Positions 9,204-18,288 of a stretch of DNA of 64,000 nt are shown piece after piece. The stretch lies in contig CAXXGO010000001.1 of the NCBI GenBank assembly GCA_963666835.2, positions 1,056,001 through 1,120,000 of the forward strand. Reading direction: 5' to 3'. This stretch comes from Phycisphaerae bacterium (lineage in GTDB: Bacteria; Planctomycetota; Phycisphaerae; UBA1845). A program made the position numbers and the translations under genes. How positions within the stretch are numbered: position 1 is the stretch's first letter; every line of letters starts with the position of its first letter. A model generated the notes under the pieces. That model was given only the letters and a program-made list of their open reading frames with translations, searched no databases and was not told the origin of the DNA.

Positions 9204-11579
9204 TCACGGAGTGTCCTCGGTTTGTGAGATCAACATGCTCTCCAGCCGCGTGAGACGCCCCTGCATTTGTGTGAGCTGACGCTCGAGCTGTTCTATCTGC
9301 AACTCCTTCTCTCGCAGTTGTCGGTCCTTTTCTTCACGAAGTTCGCGCAGGGCATCTACCGCAAGCGCCTCGAAGCCGCGGAAGGTGAGGATCTTGTATC
9401 CGCGGCCTCCCACGTCGACCCAATCTGGAAAGACCTCCTCGACTTCCTGCGCGATCATGCCGATCCGTTCGCCCGGCAGTTCGTTGATGGCCTCGGGGTC
9501 CTTGTACTCGAAGACGACGCTACGGAGTCGAAGCAGTCGATCAAGAGACCCTTTCAGATCGCGGATGTTCTTCTTCAGTCGTCGATCCGACGAACTGGAC
9601 CAGGATCCGCCGCCCGGCTTGCCGGCCGTGCCTTCTCCGGAGACTTCCAGTTGAAAGGCGGGCAGGGCGTTGGAGCCGACGTTGGTCCGGCCATTCCGTT
9701 TGACGGAGAACATCGTGGTGCCGTCAACTCGGACGCGCAGGGGATCAACATCGGCGGTTCCCTCGACCTGGAGCCGCGCCGCCGGCGATTCTATACCGAT
9801 GCCGACATTGCCTTCGAAGTAGTTCCGTCCGCCGCTGAAGTAACCCGCAAAGCCGTCGGGGCTGGAGGTAGTAGCCTTCAGGGCGAAGTTGGTCCCGCTG
9901 GTATTACTGGCCCAGCAGTACACGCCTCGTCCGTAGATGCCGCCGGCCTTGAAGTAACCGCCGTAGTTCTGCGAGGTCGTGCCGGTGGCCTCGGCATACA
10001 CGCCGTAGCCGGTCGACGCAGTACTTCTACCATAAATCGCGCGGCTGCCGCTGGTCTCCACATGGAGCGGATAGTCAGGCGACTCCGTTCCGATCCCCAC
10101 ATTGCCTTCGAAATAGCTGCGACCGCCCTCGAAGTACCCGGCGTAGCCGTCGGGACTGGCGGTCTTGCCTTTCACGCCAATGCCCGGGCCGGAGTTGATT
10201 CCATGATATCCAACTACGCCGTGACCGTTAGTGCTGTTGGAGTGACCGTAGACTCCGTAGTTGACCCCGCCCGTGGGACCGACGAACCCGTATACGCCGC
10301 GCCCTGTCGGACTGTTTGAGTAACCATACACCCCAGGGGAATCACCCGTTTCCGCGCTAGCCTTACCGTAGACGCCGTACCCTTCATCACTCATGCTCTC
10401 GCCGTAGACGCCGCAGTTCTCGCCGGTGCTCGAGCCGGCGATTCCCTTAACGCCGTAGCCCCAACTGAGCGTATTGTTGGCGTAGATTGCGCTCAAGTCG
10501 TCGGACTCCACGTGCAGTGCACCGCCCGGCGATTCCGTTCCGATGCCGACACGACCTTCGAAGTAGTTCCGTCCGCCGGTGAAGTAGCCTGCAAAACCGT
10601 CGGGGCTTGAAGTATGCCCGTGTACTCCGATGTTGGTGCCGTTGAGGCCGGCAAAGCCGTACACGCCCGTGCCGTTCTCGCTTCTGGTCCCACCCTTCAC
10701 GCCGATGGGCTCGCCGGTTGTGGACCAGGCCCAGCCCCACACGCCGACACCGTCTTCGCTATCGGCTCTGCCGTACACGCCGTTGGTATTGCCGCTATGA
10801 GAACCCGCGTAACCGTATACGCCGGTGCCGCTATCGCTATTGCTTGTGCCGTGGACGCCGAAGGTCGAACCGGTCGACGAAAACGCGTTCCCGGATATGC
10901 CGGTACCCTCATTGCTCCAGCTCAGGCCGTAGACGCCGGAGGTGAAGCCGGTCGACGAACTTGCCCAGCCAAAAACGCCATCGCCCTGATCGCTCGCGGT
11001 TTGCCCACAAACGCCCGCGTTATCTCCGGTTTGGGTCTGGGCGAATCCGTAGACGGCTTTGCCTTCAGCGTTCTCGGTGACCGCGAAGATAGCCCGGTCC
11101 CCACTGGTGCTTGCGTGCAGTGGGAATTCCGGCCAGTTTGTTCCGATGCCGATGTCACCGTCGTCATCCACGAACAGGCCGCGCGTTTGAAGCGCATACG
11201 GTGTCATTGTCACCGCCTGACGCGGCGAGAGGGTTACAAACGGTTCCGTATCCGTCGGGTCATGGGGATAACGCACGGCTACTTCGACCCACAAGGCCCT
11301 GCCGTCGAACACGCTACTCCCGAAGTCCAGATCAACGGCGAACAGACCGCTGGCGACCGAGACGTCGGCACGGGTGAGTTCGCCGAGAGGCACACCTGCC
11401 GATTCAGCGTCATGGAGCGAGAACAACAGGTCCACATCGCCGTCAAGCGGGATCCCTTGTGACTTGAGCTGTCCTTGATAGGTGAAGCACGTTCCCATCG
11501 GCTCGGCTTGAATGTCGGACACCGTTGCCAGCCACAAGCCCGCGGCCAGGCACAGCAGTCTCGTTGTTACTGATCTCAT
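9204..11579 (-). CDS. Secreted Gly-rich beta-helix 'tail fibre-like' protein with C-terminal S74 intramolecular chaperone and coiled coil
   Basis: Signal peptide; FTYQGQL N-domain; many GVYG repeats; three GxVGIG(T/I)ESP junctions; SSDRRLKKNI..GMIAQEVEEVFPDWV; heptad tail. Confidence 0.88.
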   Translation of the reverse strand: MRSVTTRLLCLAAGLWLATVSDIQAEPMGTCFTYQGQLKSQGIPLDGDVDLLFSLHDAESAGVPLGELTRADVSVASGLFAVDLDFGSSVFDGRALWVEVAVRYPHDPTDTEPFVTLSPRQAVTMTPYALQTRGLFVDDDGDIGIGTNWPEFPLHASTSGDRAIFAVTENAEGKAVYGFAQTQTGDNAGVCGQTASDQGDGVFGWASSSTGFTSGVYGLSWSNEGTGISGNAFSSTGSTFGVHGTSNSDSGTGVYGYAGSHSGNTNGVYGRADSEDGVGVWGWAWSTTGEPIGVKGGTRSENGTGVYGFAGLNGTNIGVHGHTSSPDGFAGYFTGGRNYFEGRVGIGTESPGGALHVESDDLSAIYANNTLSWGYGVKGIAGSSTGENCGVYGESMSDEGYGVYGKASAETGDSPGVYGYSNSPTGRGVYGFVGPTGGVNYGVYGHSNSTNGHGVVGYHGINSGPGIGVKGKTASPDGYAGYFEGGRSYFEGNVGIGTESPDYPLHVETSGSRAIYGRSTASTGYGVYAEATGTTSQNYGGYFKAGGIYGRGVYCWASNTSGTNFALKATTSSPDGFAGYFSGGRNYFEGNVGIGIESPAARLQVEGTADVDPLRVRVDGTTMFSVKRNGRTNVGSNALPAFQLEVSGEGTAGKPGGGSWSSSSDRRLKKNIRDLKGSLDRLLRLRSVVFEYKDPEAINELPGERIGMIAQEVEEVFPDWVDVGGRGYKILTFRGFEALAVDALRELREEKDRQLREKELQIEQLERQLTQMQGRLTRLESMLISQTEDTP

Positions 11580-11873
11580 TTAATCGTTCTCCGAAAGAGC
11601 GCTACGCTCCCGTATATCTTTCCCGGCGCGGGCCAATCACGCAGACAAGGGCAAGACAAGAAAACCACCGAAAAGGTGCGATGGCCGCTTACCCCCGGCC
11701 TGCTTTCGCCGTCGAGGACATCCCTCGACTTGTCTGGTCATTGTATCAAACCGCGTTGCCGAAATTCGGCGATCTTAGAGATCTTCCTTGGCAAGGGTGT
11801 GTCCGCTCATCGTCATGTCTGCCTGACTTGGTAACGAGCAACAAGCCTCCGTGGCCCTGAAAGGCGAAGAGCG

Positions 11874-11908
11874 GTGGGTCGGGCTCTGCCCGAAACACGC
11901 CTATCCAC
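11874..11908. repeat. REP-like element, family A copy 4
   Basis: GTGGGTCGGGCTCTGCCCGAAACACGCCT; shares GAAACACGCCT with copy 3. Confidence 0.6.
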
Positions 11909-12142
11909 GTGCGCGCTACGAGTTGAGACATTAGGATTCACCATCCGGCGGACGATGATTGCGGGGAATCCGGGGTCTGATTGCGAGTTTTGCTTGCATT
12001 TGTGTGCCGGGTTCGGTTACAGTAGGGGGCGCAGTAGGCAAGTGTCGGGTTGCGTGGCCGCGTAGTTGCAGGCCATATCCCCACCACAGAACGAGTGGGC
12101 TCCTCGCGTGGGGGCTTCACGGAAAGGGAAGGGGTCGCAGAT

Positions 12143-15100
12143 ATGAGGTTACTTCCGGTTCGGACGCTGTTGGCTGGCGGCGTGGTATTAGGGGCGTTTT
12201 CTGCGGGCTTGGCCGGGCGAGCTACAGGGGTGGAAACGGGGGCAACCGGCGACGACGGCTGCCCTTGTGTTTCGACCACCGGGGTTGAGGCGGGGACTGT
12301 TGCCTCGGGGCAGGTGGTCCGGCTTCCGGAGACCGCGAGGGTGACGCGGCATTACCCCGACGGCACGACGGAGCGGGTCGACGACGCGGTTCCGGCAAGC
12401 ACTGATCGGCAGGAGAAGCTGATCTACAGCAACACGCTCGGCGATTTTCTCTACTCGCCTGGGGCGGGCATTCCGATAGCGGACGATTTGGTCACCGAGG
12501 CTGTGACGGACTGTGCAATTCACCGGATTACGTTTCGCGTCAACGGCGGCGTCGAGGAGGGGGACGAGGAGTTCTCCGTTTCGGTCGGCGTGTGGGATAA
12601 GTGTCCGGCATTGAGGGATGCTGAGAATCTCCTGGGCGATGAGATCACGTTTGACCAGCTTGCAGACAACGACGAAGAAACGCACGAGCTGGTGATAGAC
12701 TTCCGCGACATGGGTATCTGTGACAACGGGGATGCGTGCAGCGTACTGCACCAAGATTGCCCGGACGCATCACCATGCGTGCAGAACCTGCCCGAGTTGC
12801 CTCCGACCGTCTGGCTGAGCTATCGTTTCAGCACCAACACTGCCGGAGTGATCGCGGGCAGTCCGGCGCAAATCGGGTTCTCAGCGGATTACTATCATGA
12901 CGTCTACTGCCCCTGCACATCGTGGCTGGGCGGCTACCCCCGATTCCCCCACTCCAGCTTCTGGGCGCAGGTCTATGCCGACGGCACCACCGACGAAGCG
13001 GATCCGGACTTCTGCCCGACAGGCTTTTTTGCCTATGCGGCAGTAAGCAGGTCCTTTTCCGATGTAACGGACTACGTGCCGCCGAGTGGCGTGACGACGA
13101 GAGTGGCGGACGCCATCGTCCTTACCGGAGGACAAGGCGGTGAGCCCATTGCCTGTGAGCTGAGCGCTGTCGAGATAGGTTTCATTGGTGAACATGGCCC
13201 GTTCGAAATGGACGTGGACCTTCGCTGGCCGGGCCTCGATGACGTGATTGAAGGCACGCAAAGGACCTTCACCGGTACCGGCGAGGGGGAGCTCGAGGTG
13301 GCGAGGTTTCTATTCGAACCCGGAGTGTTCATCGAGCCTACCGATCAACCGATCTACATCACCTGGCAGACCGGCACCGGTGGAGCCTGGGCACGCCACA
13401 GCAGCATCGACCTTGGCTTGAGCTGGCGCAGTTTCTGGACGCAGCACATTATGCCGGGTATCTCGGGTGAGTGGCTAATGCGCGAGCTGTCGAGTCTCAC
13501 TCCCGTTTCGTTTTATGCAGTCGTTCAATGCCGCGGGGAGCCTCCGACAGGGGCATGTTGCCGGTTTCCAGGTGAATTGGAGGAGGTGGAGTGCTCCGAT
13601 GGTGTCACTCACGCCATGTGTCTGGGCGGGCGGTGGGTTCGCGACCGCACTTGTGCCGAAGACCCCTTCGACCCACCCTGCGGAATGGCAAGGTGCTGCC
13701 TGCCCGATGCCACCTGCGAGAATCTCACGCGGGATGAGTGCGAGCAGGCCGACGGATACTGGCGGGAACGGGCGTTTTGCGGAGACTACGGTCAACGGTG
13801 CTATTGGCGTGCTTGCGGGTATGACGCCCCACGTGATTGCAGCTACCCCGCTCTCCTACCCGGTTGCCACGATCTCTCCTGTTGCACCCAAGTATGTATG
13901 GCTGACCCCTGGTGCTGTGAGAATAACTGGGACGAGCAGTGTGTTGAGGAGGCGTTTCTGCTCTGCGACCACGAGCCGTACAATGATTACTGCTGTAATT
14001 CGAGGCCTCTCTCTCTGCAAGGGCAGCTAACGTCCAACAATGCCCGGGCCTACGGGCCATACGACGATCCGGGGTTCCATTGCCATCCGGATGGGGCCGG
14101 CACGCTTGGCTACGGGCCAATCTGGTTCAAGTTCGAGGCCACCGAGACGTCCGCCCGGTTCCATACCTGCGCTTCCGACGACACGGCCGGCGATTCGCTT
14201 CTGCAGGTCTATGCCATCGAACCGGACGACGAGTCTTGTGAGAATCTCATACCCCTGGCCTGTTCCGACGATGCCCCGGGTTGCGGGGCAGACGGTCTGC
14301 AAAGTGACGTGTGCGTGACGGGACTCGAACCGGGCGCGTCCTACCGGGTGCAGTTGGCGTCCAAGAACGCGGAGGGGCGGGGCTGGTATCGCTTGGTGGC
14401 GGAGTCCCCATGCCCGCAAGCTGCCGGTTCGAACGCCGGTGATTCAGACTTTGCGAGCATTATCCTGGAACCTGAGCCGGGGGATTCATCCCCCGCGCCG
14501 CCAGGTGCCTCGCACACGGCACGCGCGGACGACGAGCCTCGCTCACCGGCCTTGATGGACCCGGCCGAGCTTCACAACGAAATCCCGGACGACGCGCCGG
14601 TGGCCGTGCGGAAGCAGGAGCGGTCCGAGGCCTTCTGCGATGCGGGTTCGTGGGAACGCGGCATGTTCTCGACCGTACAGGTCAACGTCGACGAGCATGG
14701 CCACAATATCGTCGGAGACGCTGCCAACGAGCCGTCCATTGCCATCTCCGCGGTCGATCCGGACGTGATCGTGATCGGGTGGCGGCAGTTTGACACAATA
14801 GAATCCAACTTCCGCCAAGCGGGCTGGGCCTACAGCCACGATGCGGGGGCTACCTGGACATTCCCGGGGGTCCTGGAGCCGGGTGTATTCCGTAGCGATC
14901 CGGTCCTTGCTGCCGATGCGGACGGGAACATCCACTATTACAGCCTTACGCTTCGCGATCCAGGCTACGTCTGTGACATGTTCACGTCCTATGACGATGG
15001 CGTGTCATGGGGACGCAAGGTCTACGCCCGCGGCGGGGACAAGCCTTGGATAGCGATTGACCAAACATCCGGCCCCGGCCGTAATCACATCTATGCGCTC

Positions 15101-16324
15101 TGGTCGAGTAGTCTCAGTTGCTGCTCGGGGCATTTTACGCGCTCGATTGACGGCGGGCAGACTTACAGTACTCCGATTGACATCCCACTGGATCCCCATT
15201 GGGGAACGGTTGCCGTGGGGCTTGACGGCGCGATTTACGCCACCGGTCGGATCGGGTCTAATGCCAGCGTAGTCCGATCGACAAACGCTAGTGATCCGGC
15301 CCACGCTCCGGTGTTTGACCAGCCCGTCATGGCAGATGTTGGAGGCCTCGGCGCGTCCTGGACCGGACCCAACCCCGGTGGACTGCTGGGGCAGGGATGG
15401 GTGGCGACCGATCATTCCTATGGCGCCGGACGAGGGAACGTCTACATTCTTACCTCGGCGACGTTGGACCGCGACGACCCGCTTGATCTGATGTTCGCGC
15501 GCAGCACCGACAGCGGTTTGACCTGGAGCGAACCCGTCCGGATCAACGACGACCCGGTCGACAGCGAGGCCTGGCAGTGGTTCGGAACGATGTCGGTGGC
15601 TCCGAACGGGCGGATCGACGTCGTGTGGAACGACACGCGCAATACCGGGGTGGACAACCTGTCCGGGTTGTTTTACAGCTTCTCGATCGATGGTGGGGTA
15701 ACCTGGACGGAGAACGTCCCGATCAGCCCGGTATTCGATAGCCACGCCGGCTGGCCGCAACAGAACAAGCTCGGCGATTACTACGACATGATCTCCGACA
15801 ATGTCGGGGCCAATCTGGCGTACGCGGCCACGTTCAATGGTGAGCAGGATATATACTTCGCGCGGATCGAGCCGGACGTCGACTGCAACGACAATGGCAT
15901 TCCCGATATCACGGAAATCGCCGGCGGAAGCGTTGCCGATTGCGATGGCGACTTGGTGCCCGATGAATGCTCGCCGGACTTCGACGGTGACGGGTACATC
16001 AACGGGTGCGACTTCGATATAGACAACGACGGCGTTTCCAACGACTTCGATGTCTGCAACTTCACTCCGTTGGGGGCGATCGTTACCGGCGACGGGAGTC
16101 AACGCGGCGACTTCATGAGCGATTGCGATATAGACCTGCGCGATTTCCGTTCGTATCGGGCGTGCCTTTTGACCGGCGGCCCGGCTGAGGGCGATCCGTC
16201 CACTGACTGCCTCGCGGCCTTTGACTTCGACGGTGACGCCGACATCGACTTAGCCGACGGCCGGCTACTGTTGAACGACTTCACCGGCCTGATCCGCCGG
16301 GCTCCGGATACGTTGGTTGAGTGA
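12143..16324 (+). CDS. Large secreted Cys-rich protein with BNR/Asp-box (sialidase-like) propeller and C-terminal dockerin-like motifs
   Basis: Signal peptide from ATG 12143 (ORF is open from 12050); Asp-boxes SHDAGATW, SYDDGVSW, SIDGGQTY, STDSGLTW, SIDGGVTW; GACC and DCNDNGIPD motifs; DFDGDADIDLAD near the C-terminus. Confidence 0.85.
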   Translation: MRLLPVRTLLAGGVVLGAFSAGLAGRATGVETGATGDDGCPCVSTTGVEAGTVASGQVVRLPETARVTRHYPDGTTERVDDAVPASTDRQEKLIYSNTLGDFLYSPGAGIPIADDLVTEAVTDCAIHRITFRVNGGVEEGDEEFSVSVGVWDKCPALRDAENLLGDEITFDQLADNDEETHELVIDFRDMGICDNGDACSVLHQDCPDASPCVQNLPELPPTVWLSYRFSTNTAGVIAGSPAQIGFSADYYHDVYCPCTSWLGGYPRFPHSSFWAQVYADGTTDEADPDFCPTGFFAYAAVSRSFSDVTDYVPPSGVTTRVADAIVLTGGQGGEPIACELSAVEIGFIGEHGPFEMDVDLRWPGLDDVIEGTQRTFTGTGEGELEVARFLFEPGVFIEPTDQPIYITWQTGTGGAWARHSSIDLGLSWRSFWTQHIMPGISGEWLMRELSSLTPVSFYAVVQCRGEPPTGACCRFPGELEEVECSDGVTHAMCLGGRWVRDRTCAEDPFDPPCGMARCCLPDATCENLTRDECEQADGYWRERAFCGDYGQRCYWRACGYDAPRDCSYPALLPGCHDLSCCTQVCMADPWCCENNWDEQCVEEAFLLCDHEPYNDYCCNSRPLSLQGQLTSNNARAYGPYDDPGFHCHPDGAGTLGYGPIWFKFEATETSARFHTCASDDTAGDSLLQVYAIEPDDESCENLIPLACSDDAPGCGADGLQSDVCVTGLEPGASYRVQLASKNAEGRGWYRLVAESPCPQAAGSNAGDSDFASIILEPEPGDSSPAPPGASHTARADDEPRSPALMDPAELHNEIPDDAPVAVRKQERSEAFCDAGSWERGMFSTVQVNVDEHGHNIVGDAANEPSIAISAVDPDVIVIGWRQFDTIESNFRQAGWAYSHDAGATWTFPGVLEPGVFRSDPVLAADADGNIHYYSLTLRDPGYVCDMFTSYDDGVSWGRKVYARGGDKPWIAIDQTSGPGRNHIYALWSSSLSCCSGHFTRSIDGGQTYSTPIDIPLDPHWGTVAVGLDGAIYATGRIGSNASVVRSTNASDPAHAPVFDQPVMADVGGLGASWTGPNPGGLLGQGWVATDHSYGAGRGNVYILTSATLDRDDPLDLMFARSTDSGLTWSEPVRINDDPVDSEAWQWFGTMSVAPNGRIDVVWNDTRNTGVDNLSGLFYSFSIDGGVTWTENVPISPVFDSHAGWPQQNKLGDYYDMISDNVGANLAYAATFNGEQDIYFARIEPDVDCNDNGIPDITEIAGGSVADCDGDLVPDECSPDFDGDGYINGCDFDIDNDGVSNDFDVCNFTPLGAIVTGDGSQRGDFMSDCDIDLRDFRSYRACLLTGGPAEGDPSTDCLAAFDFDGDADIDLADGRLLLNDFTGLIRRAPDTLVE

Positions 16325-16464
16325 GTTCAGTAGGTGTTTTCACTGCGCCTCATAGTAGGTCGCTCGGTTTCTTCTTCACGGCCATTTCCCCGGACGACGA
16401 ATAACCGGTAGACTGGTCACGTCGACGTCCGTCGTCGGGGGGCGAATCGAGCGAAATCGGCGTC

Positions 16465-17595
16465 ATGGTCGTCGCGAACTTCTTCGATGGGGGTGGCATG
16501 TACAATACGCCGAGGTTGCGTCCGTGCGGGGGATCAACGACGCCGCAGGCTCGTAGTGCCAGGCGTCCGGGTTCTCTGCGGGTACCCGGTGTGGACATCG
16601 GCCGTAGGGGGCCATGGTGGGGCGGTCGATTGGGTACGGGGCTGGCGGTTCTTCTTCTGTTCTTTCCGATGAGCTGCGCGGCGACTCGACCATCGCCGGA
16701 ACACGTGGCCGGTGATCCGCCTGGCCCCCAAACGCGAAACGCTCAACGCGCGCCGCGTGAGATTCGACGCACAATGCCGAAGCCGGCTGCTCAGGCTGAG
16801 ACCACCGTTCTGACGGCGCGGGACGAGCCTCATTTCGTGGACATTCCGGTGCGGGAACCGTCAGGAATCGCCTATCATCCCCAACGCAATACGCTGTTGG
16901 CTGTGAGTGACCAAGGCAGCCTTGTGGAGATGGACCTTGCGCTTGAAGTTCGTCAACGTATTCGCCTGCGCGGCGACCTGGAGGGCGTGGCGGTTCACCC
17001 GACGGGAGAGGCCGTCTACATCGCATCGGAGAGTGCCGGGGCGGTATACGAATATTGCCTGAGCGAGCGACGGGTCTTGCGGACCTTCAAGATCGATTTT
17101 GCGTCCCATGCGGATTTCTCAGCCGGGGTAGGACGAAATCGGGGTGTCGAAGGAGTGACCGTCGCCGAGACGGCCGAAGGCGGCTACCGGCTCTATGTGG
17201 TGGTCGAATCCCATCCGGCTCGTTTAGTCGTGCTTTCAGCCGATGTATCCCACGGGGCGATTATGCGAGCCAGACGCCGGGTGGTGAATGACCCGATCGC
17301 CGAGCCCCCCATGACGACCGTAGAAGTCGCCGCGTCATACGATCTTGGATTGCGGCGGATGTCCGGCGCGACGTTTGATCCAAAATCGCGCATGATTGTG
17401 GTCGTCTCCGCCTCTGAGGGGCTGGCCGTGTCGTGCAGTTTGACCGGACTCGTCCACAAGAAACTCAGCATTCCTCCGTGGAAGTCGGAGGGCGTGTGCT
17501 TCCTGCCCGGGGGCGGCGCACTGTTGGTTCAGGACACCGGCGGCGGGTGGTTCTGCCCGAATCTTCTGGCGGACTTAACGGGCACAGACCGTTGA
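16465..17595 (+). CDS. SdiA-regulated/YjiK-like beta-propeller protein (true start probably ~16590)
   Basis: EPSGIAYHPQRNTLLAVSDQG, GDLEGVAV, GVEGVTV, KSEGVCF blades; hydrophobic segment ending in MSC. Confidence 0.75.
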   Translation: MVVANFFDGGGMYNTPRLRPCGGSTTPQARSARRPGSLRVPGVDIGRRGPWWGGRLGTGLAVLLLFFPMSCAATRPSPEHVAGDPPGPQTRNAQRAPREIRRTMPKPAAQAETTVLTARDEPHFVDIPVREPSGIAYHPQRNTLLAVSDQGSLVEMDLALEVRQRIRLRGDLEGVAVHPTGEAVYIASESAGAVYEYCLSERRVLRTFKIDFASHADFSAGVGRNRGVEGVTVAETAEGGYRLYVVVESHPARLVVLSADVSHGAIMRARRRVVNDPIAEPPMTTVEVAASYDLGLRRMSGATFDPKSRMIVVVSASEGLAVSCSLTGLVHKKLSIPPWKSEGVCFLPGGGALLVQDTGGGWFCPNLLADLTGTDR

Positions 17596-17651
17596 ACGGC
17601 TTCTTGGTTCACGCGGCTCAATGACAGGATCCACGAGCCCGAGAGACCAGC

Positions 17652-18278
17652 TCACTTGGGTATCCTGTTCCGTGACCGTGGCGATGCCGTCGGAAACGGC
17701 CAAATCGAACACATCGGTTGACCGGGGAAGATCCCCCGCGATGTCGGCCCCGCTCGTTCGTCCGTAGCGCTAACTGTTGCAAGAGCTCGGTAGTCCGCCA
17801 GGTTATCCGGGTTCGGGGGGCTTACGCGCCAAATGAAATAGGGACCGTCGATTGTGAAGCCGACCAACCGGACATCTTCCAGGTCGGCGGTTCTACCGGG
17901 GCGACGACCTTGCACCCCAACGACGAACACGAACCATCGATAGTCGCCGACCTTTGCCAGGCCGGCTAAGACGCCGTTTACGTCTCGCGACGCCCCGGAG
18001 CACGGGGAGCCCGGTCCGGGGATCTTCGTCTTCCCGAAGACGACTCGAGCCGGGCGCAGGGCGCGGCGCGACCGGAGGTCCCCCGACTCACGCAGGATGT
18101 TCGGGTCACTGTCGCCCTCGTGGACTATGTACGTGGCCAGGCTCTTCTTCCAGGCGTTGATCGGATCCGGCGCCGTGCAGCCTGCGGATCCGGCGATTAT
18201 TGCAGCGACGCCCCATAGCATCGCCCACCGGGCGGGGTAATTCACGGTTGTTGGCTCGTAGCGTTTCATAGTCGTCAT
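17652..18278 (-). CDS. Hypothetical lipoprotein (possible frameshift near the 3' end)
   Basis: ATG 18278 behind GAGGGGG, 10 bp after the upstream stop; WAMLWGVAAIIAGSAGC lipobox. Confidence 0.7.
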   Translation of the reverse strand: MTTMKRYEPTTVNYPARWAMLWGVAAIIAGSAGCTAPDPINAWKKSLATYIVHEGDSDPNILRESGDLRSRRALRPARVVFGKTKIPGPGSPCSGASRDVNGVLAGLAKVGDYRWFVFVVGVQGRRPGRTADLEDVRLVGFTIDGPYFIWRVSPPNPDNLADYRALATVSATDERAGPTSRGIFPGQPMCSIWPFPTASPRSRNRIPK

Positions 18279-18288
18279 CAGATCCCCC

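Noticed and set aside
9204..11579. Prophage
   Set aside because: The S74 gene has a signal peptide and no capsid, terminase, portal or integrase neighbours
900..11950. Integron/attC cassette array
   Set aside because: No consistent RYYYAAC..GTTRRRY pairs after the stop codons and no integrase; the repeats fit REP structure better
11991..12010. Sigma54 promoter-like GGCAC..TGC (similar case near 20427)
   Set aside because: GG-to-GC spacing is 9 or 11 nt rather than the required 10
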